Of a stretch of DNA of 64,000 nucleotides, positions 28,492 to 37,034 are shown in pieces (the stretch's first letter is position 1; each line of letters starts with the position of its first letter). A program made the translations under genes and the position numbers. The stretch is from Rickettsiales bacterium (GTDB lineage Bacteria; Pseudomonadota; Alphaproteobacteria; Rickettsiales; JABIRX01). The stretch lies in contig JABJNB010000085.1 of the NCBI GenBank assembly GCA_018659145.1, positions 124 to 64,123 on the forward strand, given 5' to 3'. Below the pieces are notes generated by a model. It worked only from the letters and a program-made list of their open reading frames with translations. It did no database searches and had not been told where the DNA came from.

Positions 28492-29225
28492 TTGCAAAAT
28501 CTATTTGGGCAAGGAGGCCCAAGTGGTATAAGCTCTTCTTCTGAGCATTGGAAAGATCTTACTAGCGTGATATTGTCTCTGCATAATGTGGCAGAAGGCT
28601 CTGTCGAGAAGTCCTGTCAGACAGGCGGAAAGAGAAAATCTTCTGCTAGTGAAATGCCTGATCAAGGTAAGAGGGCATTTGCTGCTGTAGAGGAGGATCC
28701 GATATTAAATTCAGCTTTAAGACGTGATGGAGATAGGAGGCCGGAACAAGTCTTTGCGAATGGTGTCATAAGAGAATTATATGATTTAACTAAGAGATCT
28801 GGAGGTTTGAATGATCAGGGCTTAATGTTGTTAGATTTGCCATTCTCAGACAGTCATCTAAAGATATCAAGACGGTATATTGGTTTTGATAAAAAAGGCG
28901 GTGTTCGAATAACCAATGGTCGGCGTCAAGAGGATGTTAATTCAGATCATTTAGCAGAAATAGTAGAGCATGTAGCGAATTTATATTTTTTTATGCCTCT
29001 TTGCCAATGGATAGAAGTATTATCAGTTATAATTATACTTTGGAAAAGAATTCAAGGGCTGATAGCATTTGCCTTACTAAAAGATTGGAGGCAGGTCAAG
29101 AGGAGAGCGTATTTTCGACATTACAGCCAATAACTCTAGCATTATTATCAGAGGATATAGATCATAAAGCGCTAAGCATAACTGACAAAAGAACTGTGCC
29201 TAGAAGGATATCCCCTCAATATTAA
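28492..29225 (+). pseudogene. Decayed paralog of the C-terminal module of the 867-aa protease-motif protein
   Basis: LLDLPFSDSHLKISRRYIGFDKKGGVRITNGRRQEDVNSDHLAEIVEHVAN aligns with LELPFSDSKIK..ISARHIGLDRDGSVQITNEKGKPDVSEAHLAEIRTHVAN of the neighbour. The alignment continues (SYNYTLE...FSTLQPITLALL vs CYDYIIDTE...FSALQPIPVELL) only after a frame change at the T7 tract 28986-28992. A further upstream piece from ATG 28419 lies in a third frame. Confidence 0.6.
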
Positions 29226-29378
29226 TTAATATTGTAGAGACGCAAAATCTTGCGTCTCTGAGGAGGTGGATACAAATACATAATTATCGTCGAAATATTG
29301 GGGAGGTTGGAGTATCTCGACTTATGGTTCTTATTTGCTTTAAGTTGCTAATCAGACGCATGATTATGCGTCTCTACA
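29185..29378. repeat. Dispersed repeat, family R (copy 2)
   Basis: Collinear with 18265-18441. It contains tgtagagacgca (29235-29246) ... tgcgtctctaca (29367-29378) as 12-bp inverted ends, and the hairpin agagacgca-aaatct-tgcgtctct. It supplies the last codons and the stop of the decayed paralog. Confidence 0.7.
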
Positions 29379-29389
29379 TTAATTTAGAT

Positions 29390-31993
29390 TTATTTTCCGT
29401 GACTAACCGGACCAACTTCTTGCTGATATCGATCTGCCAATGATTTATCACTCTGTTCTTGCAACTTTCTAGTCAAAAGTTCTACGGGTATTGGTTGTAA
29501 CGCTGAAAAAGCTATGCATGAAGAAGAATCTTCGCGTCTTTTAGTAACCTTAACGCCACCAGGAATCATTTCCGTATCTATAATATAGTCATAGCAGCTA
29601 GTTGATTGCGCGCTAGGTAGTGCTCCATAAAGATCTAATATATTTGCAACATGCGTTCTGATCTCAGCCAAATGTGCCTCACTTACATCTGGCTTACCCT
29701 TCTCATTAGTGATTTGCACACTGCCGTCTCTATCTAATCCTATATGCCGAGCTGATATTTTGGCTTGGCCATTTGCTTTAATCTTACTATCTGAAAATGG
29801 TAACTCTAATCGCATTAAACCATCCTTTAGAGATTGTGATTTACCCATTAAATGATAAAGAGTTATGATATCGTCTGTCGCAGACGCTGTTGGATGCGGG
29901 CTTAATGATAGTAGTGATCGGCTAGAGGCTGCTCTAGATTGCGTAAGTGGGCTTTGTGATAATCGTGAATATTTGATCAGAAAAGCTTGGATATCAGGAT
30001 TAGACCCTAGGCCTTCCTTCATATGTTGGATGATTCCTAGAAATGGCTGAAACTTAATATTGACGTCATGTTGTGTGTTAGCGCTCATCTTGGTGAACAA
30101 GTCATCACTTGTCTTGTTAAATCTTTTTATAAATACCATCATTTCATCTCTAGTTATATTTTTGATATTTATGGCTGTAATAGATTCCAAGATATTGAAA
30201 GGGCTTGCAAATGGGAGTAGCTTTATATTGCAATATTGCTGCTCTAAATATGCAATTTTTTGTTCAAAGAGTACAACAGTACTATTTGCGGTTTTATGAA
30301 ATTTTAGTGCATCCAGAGCAACTGCTTTATGTGTAATAAGCTCATTTAATAATTTTAATAATTTAGGTAACTTTTCTAAGTCTGGGCTTAGGAAGATGTT
30401 ATTAGTTGTTATATTAAAATCTTGTATAAATTGCCAAATGGTCTCGGGCGTTCCATATGTGAGTAGGTTGGGTAGTTCGAATGCAATAACGCCAATATCC
30501 TCAAAGGCTTGAGCGGAGTGAGGTGCAGCAGGTTTAGGCAAGGTTCGGCCCCACTGAAGATCGGGAGATATAATTACGCCGCCTAAATAAGTCATTATTA
30601 ATTCAGAAAATAGTAAATCTGGCCTAATATTTGCTGGGCGATTAAAATATTTATATACTGTGCTAAGCTTGTTATGTGGACTATGTTCTAGCATCATATC
30701 GGTGGCAGCGAGTAGGGCGTATTTATGTGAGTCATCTAAGGTTGATAATATTGCTGTATTGCCCTTGAGATATTGCTGGAGTAGTGCGACGTTAATTGTC
30801 GAGAGTGCTTGAAGGCTTGTGGGAAGTGCTAGGCTTCCTTTGTAATCGTTAAAACTTTGTTGTGGCACTGCCGCGTTTAGCATATCGATAAGTCTATCGC
30901 TTCTAGATCCGCTCAGTTGCAAGCAGTTGAGTCTTGCTTCGACTATCTCTTTTTGCTTGCTAGTGGGCATAAAGGCATTCTCTGCCAAACCTGTAATTCT
31001 ATTGTGGCCAGTAGTAATTCTTGGCGGAGAAGTTAGCACAAGATCTTTAATTAGGATGGCTACAGCAATTTGACAATCATTTGGCCCGGGCTGCTCATAA
31101 CATGGCTTGACTATATGGTCAGCCTCAAGGGCTTTTCTGCCATGCTTGATGGCTTCTCTTGCTCCAATATTCTCGGCAATTACCTCTAAAACTGCCACAG
31201 CTCTATCGAGAGATTTTGGATTAGTTCTGGTAATATCCATCATTGCTTGGTGTAAGCATTTTTTATGAAAAAGATCTTCACCCTCTGCTGTATATGGTAG
31301 AGAATTATAAAGTGAGATTACAGGTGAATCCTCATTCGTAAAGTCGAGGGCAAATAACACATAATGGTCTATAGAAGCATTTGTCCTCCTAAAGAGTAGG
31401 CTCATATATAGTTGCTTTATAGCTGGGTTATCCAAACCTTCTTTAAATGTATCTGTGCTAGTTATGGTGTATTTTTCTTGGGTATCTGGAGATGCTGCTG
31501 CGCCTTGAGATGTCTTTCGTAATTCGCCTGTAAAATTACCGATAAAAATACCCGGAGGAATCTGGTGATCTACTAGCAACAACTCTTTAACAATGATATC
31601 TGGTGATTGATCGATTTGAAAATGATGATCAACGATCGCGATGCAGCCATTTGCAAATTTTCCCGTAGAAGTTTGCGTTATACCAGAGCTATCAGATCTA
31701 GAAATGATCGTACTGGTATTAACTTTTGGCAATAATATGGCATGAGGGATATCTTGAATGGTGCGTCTTTGTTCTTCGGTTAAGAAGGTCTGTCTTACAC
31801 TATCCATAATGTTGATTATTTTAAAGCCTTCACCGCTATCTAATTTTCTGAGAAACTCTGCTTCACCATTTGATCTGAGATCTGTAAGGTAGGCATAATA
31901 TTCGTAATCGTCAAAGCCGGAGATTTTGGATAAAACTTCGATAAAATCATTATAATATTGAAATTTTATTGAAATTTTTGTGGCTGCGCGCAT
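29390..31993 (-). CDS. Large secreted-effector-like protein with a Ulp1/CE-clan cysteine protease (deSUMOylase/deubiquitinase-type) signature
   Basis: 867 aa, ATG start. Residues 209-232 DHYVLFALDFTNEDSPVISLYNSL parallel yeast Ulp1 HWALGIIDLKKKTIGYVDSL. Residues 299-311 YEQPGPNDCQIAV parallel Ulp1 PQQPNGYDCGIYV, with the same Gln-to-Cys spacing of 6. No other domain is recognised. Confidence 0.85.
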   Translation of the reverse strand: MRAATKISIKFQYYNDFIEVLSKISGFDDYEYYAYLTDLRSNGEAEFLRKLDSGEGFKIINIMDSVRQTFLTEEQRRTIQDIPHAILLPKVNTSTIISRSDSSGITQTSTGKFANGCIAIVDHHFQIDQSPDIIVKELLLVDHQIPPGIFIGNFTGELRKTSQGAAASPDTQEKYTITSTDTFKEGLDNPAIKQLYMSLLFRRTNASIDHYVLFALDFTNEDSPVISLYNSLPYTAEGEDLFHKKCLHQAMMDITRTNPKSLDRAVAVLEVIAENIGAREAIKHGRKALEADHIVKPCYEQPGPNDCQIAVAILIKDLVLTSPPRITTGHNRITGLAENAFMPTSKQKEIVEARLNCLQLSGSRSDRLIDMLNAAVPQQSFNDYKGSLALPTSLQALSTINVALLQQYLKGNTAILSTLDDSHKYALLAATDMMLEHSPHNKLSTVYKYFNRPANIRPDLLFSELIMTYLGGVIISPDLQWGRTLPKPAAPHSAQAFEDIGVIAFELPNLLTYGTPETIWQFIQDFNITTNNIFLSPDLEKLPKLLKLLNELITHKAVALDALKFHKTANSTVVLFEQKIAYLEQQYCNIKLLPFASPFNILESITAINIKNITRDEMMVFIKRFNKTSDDLFTKMSANTQHDVNIKFQPFLGIIQHMKEGLGSNPDIQAFLIKYSRLSQSPLTQSRAASSRSLLSLSPHPTASATDDIITLYHLMGKSQSLKDGLMRLELPFSDSKIKANGQAKISARHIGLDRDGSVQITNEKGKPDVSEAHLAEIRTHVANILDLYGALPSAQSTSCYDYIIDTEMIPGGVKVTKRREDSSSCIAFSALQPIPVELLTRKLQEQSDKSLADRYQQEVGPVSHGK

Positions 31994-32219
31994 CTCTTCT
32001 TCTCTAAATTATTTTTCTCAGAGCATCTTAATATATGATTTAACCTTAATTATCAATATGATCCTTGTCTGGTGAGTTCTGACTTTGGAGGGGTGTCTGT
32101 GAACAAAATTACTCATTTGCATAGGTATTGTTTATAGTGTCATCGAAGAATATTTGTAACTTTAGATTAGATTTTTTGCGAACATATGTTAAAAGGACCT
32201 CTTTTTTATAGAGGATATT

Positions 32220-33710
32220 ATGATTAGAGTTAAAGATTTGGCTATTGCATTTAATGGTCAGCCGATTTTTGAAGATGTGAATGTCCATTTTAATCCGGGA
32301 GAGAAGATTGGTTTAATTGGCCGTAATGGTAGTGGTAAATCTACTTTCTTAAAAATTTTATTGGGAAAATTAGAGCCAGACCTTGGTAAGGTAGAAATTT
32401 CTAATAATTATCGAATTGGTTATTTGGAGCAGCATTTGAGTTTCTCGCATTCCACCGTTTTGGATGAAATTGCGAGTGTGCTTCCAGAAGAGCGAATTTA
32501 TGAAGTTTGGAAAGGCGAGATGATTTTGCATGGACTTGGCTTTACAGATGAAGACTTCCAAAAAGATCCAAAAGACTTTTCAGGTGGTTATCAGGTAAAA
32601 ATCAATTTAGCAAAACTGCTTTTAGTTGAACCGGAATTATTGCTTTTAGATGAGCCTACCAATTATCTTGATATTCATTCAACAAAATGGCTTAAGAAAT
32701 TTCTTCAAGATTGGGAAGGTGAACTGATTCTAATTACGCATGATCGTCTTTTTATGGATAGCATTATCACCCATACTCTGAATGTGCATAGGGGACAGTT
32801 CCGTAAAATTCCGGGTAACACAAAGAAAATCAAAGATCAAATAGAGCAGGAAGAAGATATCTATGAAAAAACTCGTGTAAATCAAGAGAAGCAAAGGCAA
32901 AAAACTCAAGAATGGGTTGATAGATTTAAATCAAAGGCAAGTCAGGCAAGTAGGGCTCAGTCTAAGATGAAGGCTTTAGAGCGAGAAGGTGTGATGGAGA
33001 AATTGGATGATGTTGCCACATTAGATTTTCAATTTAATTACGAGCCATATGAAAGCCGCGAAAGTCTAGTGCAGACTAAAGCCGTAAATTTTGGTTATAA
33101 TGAAACTGAAACTCTAATTAAAAATTTATCTTTTGCGGTTAATAAAGGTGATAAAATTTGCGTGGTCGGTAAGAATGGTAAGGGTAAATCCACTTTACTT
33201 AAATTACTTGCTCAGGAAATGAAGGCAAGTTCTGGTACCGTAACGCAGCATGATAAAGTCAAGGTTGGATATTTTGGGCAGATGAATATTGATCGCTTGG
33301 ACCCGAAGAGGTCAGTTTGTGAAGAGATACAAACGGCAAGTCCTGGAGCTCCAATTGCTAATGTTAGGCGTACCTGCTCTAATGTAATGTTTTCGGGAGA
33401 TAATGCTCATAAGAAAGTTTCTGTATTATCTGGTGGTGAGAAGAGCCGCGTGATGCTAGGTAAAATTTTGTTACAACCGGTTAATTTGTTATTTTTAGAT
33501 GAGCCAACCAATCACTTAGATATGGAATCAGCTGAAGCACTTATGAATGCCGTGCAGGGGTTTAAAGGCTCTATTGTGATGGTTACGCATGATGAGTTCT
33601 TCTTAAAGAAAATAGCTAATAAGCTAATTGTTTACGATGAAGGGCGCGTGTTTATGTATGATGGCGACTATAAGACTTTTTTAAGGAAAGTTGGCTGGAA
33701 GGACGTTTAG
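32220..33710 (+). CDS. ABC-F family ATPase (no membrane domain)
   Basis: Two Walker A motifs (GRNGSGKST and GKNGKGKST) and two signatures (FSGGYQ and LSGGEK). A charged helical linker (QEKQRQKTQEWVDRFKSKASQASRAQSKMKALE) lies between the two modules. Confidence 0.9.
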   Translation: MIRVKDLAIAFNGQPIFEDVNVHFNPGEKIGLIGRNGSGKSTFLKILLGKLEPDLGKVEISNNYRIGYLEQHLSFSHSTVLDEIASVLPEERIYEVWKGEMILHGLGFTDEDFQKDPKDFSGGYQVKINLAKLLLVEPELLLLDEPTNYLDIHSTKWLKKFLQDWEGELILITHDRLFMDSIITHTLNVHRGQFRKIPGNTKKIKDQIEQEEDIYEKTRVNQEKQRQKTQEWVDRFKSKASQASRAQSKMKALEREGVMEKLDDVATLDFQFNYEPYESRESLVQTKAVNFGYNETETLIKNLSFAVNKGDKICVVGKNGKGKSTLLKLLAQEMKASSGTVTQHDKVKVGYFGQMNIDRLDPKRSVCEEIQTASPGAPIANVRRTCSNVMFSGDNAHKKVSVLSGGEKSRVMLGKILLQPVNLLFLDEPTNHLDMESAEALMNAVQGFKGSIVMVTHDEFFLKKIANKLIVYDEGRVFMYDGDYKTFLRKVGWKDV

Positions 33711-33747
33711 TCTTGATTGTCATTTGTTTGGAATATATGAACTGATG

Positions 33748-33817
33748 CAGAGGCGGGGTTCTACCCCTCCGGAAATATTGAGTTTGATCCACAAGGGCGG
33801 GAGAACCCCGCACCTAC
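33748..33817. repeat. GC-rich palindromic element P (solo copy) between the ABC-F gene and ddl
   Basis: gcagaggcggggttctacccctcc ... gggcgggagaaccccgcacctac, imperfect inverted arms around a central gagtttgatc block. Confidence 0.65.
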
Positions 33818-33831
33818 ATTAAAGGGTAAGT

Positions 33832-35021
33832 ATGGATAAAAAGAAAGTAGCTTTGTTTTTTGGTGGGAATTCCGCTGAACATGATATCTCTATTATAACG
33901 GCTTTATCTGTGTCGGGTGCAATTGATTCTCTTAAATATGAAGTTATTCCTGTTTATGCAGATAAGCAAAATAGGTTTTACAGTGGCGTAGAGTTATTAG
34001 ATCGTAGTAATTATTATTTATCAGAGAAAACCAAAAGTTCTGTTGATACGGTGGAGATTGTGATCAATCCGGCTAATGGTAGTCCGTCACTTAGGGTGGT
34101 AAATGACTCACGTTTTGCCAAAGCTAATATATAGATTTTGATATAGCCATGCCAGCATTTCATGGTGGTAGTGGTGAGGATGGAGCTTTTGTTGGCTTGC
34201 TTGAGTTTTTAAATATTCCCTATAGTGGGCCAAGAGCAATGGCCTCAAAGATTGTGATGAATAAATATATCGCAAAGGAATTATTCCGAAGCTGTGGAAT
34301 TAATGTTTTGCCAAGCAATCTTTTAACTCGTGATAATGAAGCGGAGTTCTTAGACTTAGATAGTTATGTTGATCAAGTAACGCTTAGCTACCCACTCTGT
34401 GTTAAGCCTTGCAATCTTGGTAGCTCGATTGGTGTTAATTTAGCTAAAGATGAGCTTGAGCTTAAATCTGCAATTACAGAGATTTTTAAAATAGATAATC
34501 AAATATTAGTTGAACCTTGTGTCGAGAATCTGGTGGAATTTAATGTATCGGTCAGCAGATCCTTTGGGGGTTTTAAAATTTCAGCTATTGAAAAGCCACT
34601 TCGAGAAGGCGATATATTAGATTTTAAAACAAAATATCTCAATGGTAAAACTAGAAAGGCTAAGTTATCGGTACCAAGTTCTGAGGGGATGGCCTCACTC
34701 TCGCGTGAATTAAATCCAGCTGAATTAACAGCTAAGCAAGAAGATCTTATCAAGTCTTATTCGCAAGCTGCTTTTGAACTTATCTGTGGAGCTGGCGCCC
34801 CTAGAATTGATTTTTTATGCGATAGTAAAACAGGCGAGATTTGGTTAAATGAAATTAATCCACTGCCCGGTTCTTTTGGTTACTACCTATGGGAAGCAGC
34901 GGAGCCTAAGGTTAATTTTACGAAATTACTTACGGGATTGATAGAGGAAGGATTTAGCCTCGATCAAAGCAGCAAAACTATTACGGACTCGGTACAAACC
35001 GGCAGTAATATTTTTGATTGA
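33832..35021 (+). pseudogene. ddl: D-alanine--D-alanine ligase, interrupted by a frameshift in a TA repeat
   Basis: ORF 33832..34134 (MDKKKVALFFGGNSAEHDISI...) and ORF 34149..35021 (..HGGSGEDGAFVGLLEFLNIPYSGP.., KPCNLGSSIGV, EINPLPGS) are the two halves of Ddl. The second frame is already open from 34128 (YIDFDIAMPAFHGG). Removing one TA from atatata (34127-34133) gives an uninterrupted ...AKANIDFDIAMPAFHGG. Confidence 0.7.
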
Positions 35022-35023
35022 TA

Positions 35024-35188
35024 CAAGGGGCGGGGTTTTGCAGGTTGTGTCGTAATTACATAATTCTTTGTGTAAAAAAACATTAAATTCATCATTAATA
35101 CGGAATGTTGTACGTCGGGGCGCGGGGTCCTCCCGCCCTTGGCAAGAGCGATCTTGATGCTTCTAGGCGGGAAAGCCCCGCCCCTAGG
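35024..35188. repeat. Composite repeat filling the ddl/asnB-like convergent spacer
   Basis: Half palindrome aaggggcggggtttt, an L-module fragment aattctttgtgtaaaaaaacattaaattcatcatt, then a full P palindrome cggggcgcggggtcctcccgccc...aggcgggaaagccccgcccctagg (35113-35188). Confidence 0.75.
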
Positions 35189-35200
35189 AAGTGCGACAAT

Positions 35201-36979
35201 TTACGAATTAATATAAACGATTAAATCATTATCCACTTCAAGATCTTTGCCTTTAATATGGTAATCATACCATAGGCTGTAAAAGATAAGTCCGAAAATA
35301 GCGGTTTCGTTTTTTTTGGTAAATTGAGTGATAAAATTCGCTAAGTTAGCATGATTGAATAAATCGGCAAAAGCTTCATGATTGCATAAATAATCGATCA
35401 AAAAAGGGCGCTGGTTGTTGAGCCATTGGTAGACAGGGAGTTTAAAACCTTTCTTTTTGCCAAAAGCATTAGCTTGCTTGAAATATGTGTCTAAATGTTG
35501 TCTTAGGCACCATTTGGCATATTTGAATTTTACTTTATATTTATTAGGAATCGATAATGCATAAGGCGATAGAGTTTGGTCGATGAAAGGTGTGCGACCT
35601 TCTATTGAGTTAGCCATTGTGCATCTATCTAATTTGGTCAATAGATTATTCGGTAGCCAGAATGAGCTATCAATTATTTGCATTTTTTGCAATCTGGTCC
35701 AAGGAAAATCATTGATTTGTTTGTAATCATCATCAATTGGTTGTTGCCATTTTTGAAAATTAATTGCAAATAACGAAGAGTCTCTAAATAAGCCTTTGAG
35801 GCTATGGCGTCTTTTGAAAATCCCACCAAATAAGCCAGCTTTATGATGGCGTCTGTAACCAGAGAAAAATTCGTCACCACCTTCACCACATAAAACTACT
35901 TTAACATGTTCTTTTGCTACCTCACTTAATTTATAAGTTGGTAAGCTGGCGGGGTCAATTAGTGGGTCATCTAAGCATTTGGCGGTTTTTACTAGATATT
36001 TCCAAAAATCATCTTCAGTAAATTCAACTTTATGAATATTGAATCCCATACCAGAAATAGCTTTTAGTGCTTTGGAGGTTTCATCATGCTCTTCTGATTC
36101 TGGAAATCCGGCTATAAATAAATGAATATTATGCGGCACAAGCTGTTTCATCCAATATAATATAACCGAAGAATCAACACCACCTGAGAAAAATAAGCCC
36201 ACTGGTACGTCAGATCTAAGATGCATGGCTGTTGAGTCGGAGATTTGCGCGGTCAGAGTATTTGGGTCAAAAGATTTCTTTTTACCTTCGAGCAACAATA
36301 GATCAATTGCATTATGAGTTATCTTGTTAACAATTTGATTATTTTCAAAAACGAGAGTTTCGCCAGGTAGTAATCTAAAAATATTGCGGAAAATTGTTTG
36401 TTTGGAAAGGCCAAAGCGTGCTTGAAGTAATTCATAAGCTTTTTCAGGCAGTAATTCTTTTTTTAGAATCTTGGAATTGGTAATAGCTGTAAGGTTTGAG
36501 GCAAAGATTATAGCGTTGTCTAGCATGCTGTAATAAAGTGGCTTAATACCGTAATTATCGCGCGATAAGATTAAGCGACTTTTTTGTACGTCATAAAGAG
36601 CAATAGCGTACATGCCTCGGAGTTTCTGGGTAAAATTTGCTTTGTATTTGTCAAAAAGATGCAAAATAACTTCGCAATCAGATTTGGTTTTAAATATTTC
36701 GTTATCAAATTCTTGGCGTAATTCAAGGTAATTATAAATCTCGCCATTTACAATTAATACATATTTGAGGCTACCTTTCTCGTCATGGAAATATAAAGGT
36801 TGGCCACCACTCTCCAAATCGATGATGGATAATCTGCGATGGAATAAGAAAATATTTTGTTCATAATATTCGCCAAAGCCATCAGGGCCACGTTCCAGCA
36901 GAGCGTCATTAAATACATTTGTTAGATGCTGTTTTTTAGCATCATTGATATTACCAAAAAGCCCTGCTATACCGCACAC
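35201..36979 (-). CDS. Asparagine synthetase B family glutamine-dependent amidotransferase
   Basis: N-terminal (M)CGIAG, an Ntn nucleophile Cys that must be residue 2. This fixes the GTG at 36979 as the start. PP-loop SGGVDSS. 592 aa. Confidence 0.9.
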   Translation of the reverse strand: MCGIAGLFGNINDAKKQHLTNVFNDALLERGPDGFGEYYEQNIFLFHRRLSIIDLESGGQPLYFHDEKGSLKYVLIVNGEIYNYLELRQEFDNEIFKTKSDCEVILHLFDKYKANFTQKLRGMYAIALYDVQKSRLILSRDNYGIKPLYYSMLDNAIIFASNLTAITNSKILKKELLPEKAYELLQARFGLSKQTIFRNIFRLLPGETLVFENNQIVNKITHNAIDLLLLEGKKKSFDPNTLTAQISDSTAMHLRSDVPVGLFFSGGVDSSVILYWMKQLVPHNIHLFIAGFPESEEHDETSKALKAISGMGFNIHKVEFTEDDFWKYLVKTAKCLDDPLIDPASLPTYKLSEVAKEHVKVVLCGEGGDEFFSGYRRHHKAGLFGGIFKRRHSLKGLFRDSSLFAINFQKWQQPIDDDYKQINDFPWTRLQKMQIIDSSFWLPNNLLTKLDRCTMANSIEGRTPFIDQTLSPYALSIPNKYKVKFKYAKWCLRQHLDTYFKQANAFGKKKGFKLPVYQWLNNQRPFLIDYLCNHEAFADLFNHANLANFITQFTKKNETAIFGLIFYSLWYDYHIKGKDLEVDNDLIVYINS

Positions 36980-37034
36980 AGTTATATTATATTAAATTAA
37001 TTATAAGCAAAATAGCAACCTACGGTATATAGTA

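Noticed and set aside
26847-32000. Prophage or integrative element interpretation of the effector islet.
   Set aside because: There are no integrase, capsid, terminase, relaxase or transposase genes. Only repeats flank it.
33832-35021. Reading 33832..34134 and 34149..35021 as two independent genes.
   Set aside because: Together they reconstitute a single Ddl with the break inside a conserved block. The second piece lacks the N-terminal Rossmann-like domain, and its frame is open upstream of its ATG.
3116-35188. Possibility that the recurring GC-rich repeats form a CRISPR array.
   Set aside because: Copies are kilobases apart, in both orientations, imperfect and palindromic. There is no regular repeat-spacer periodicity and no cas genes.
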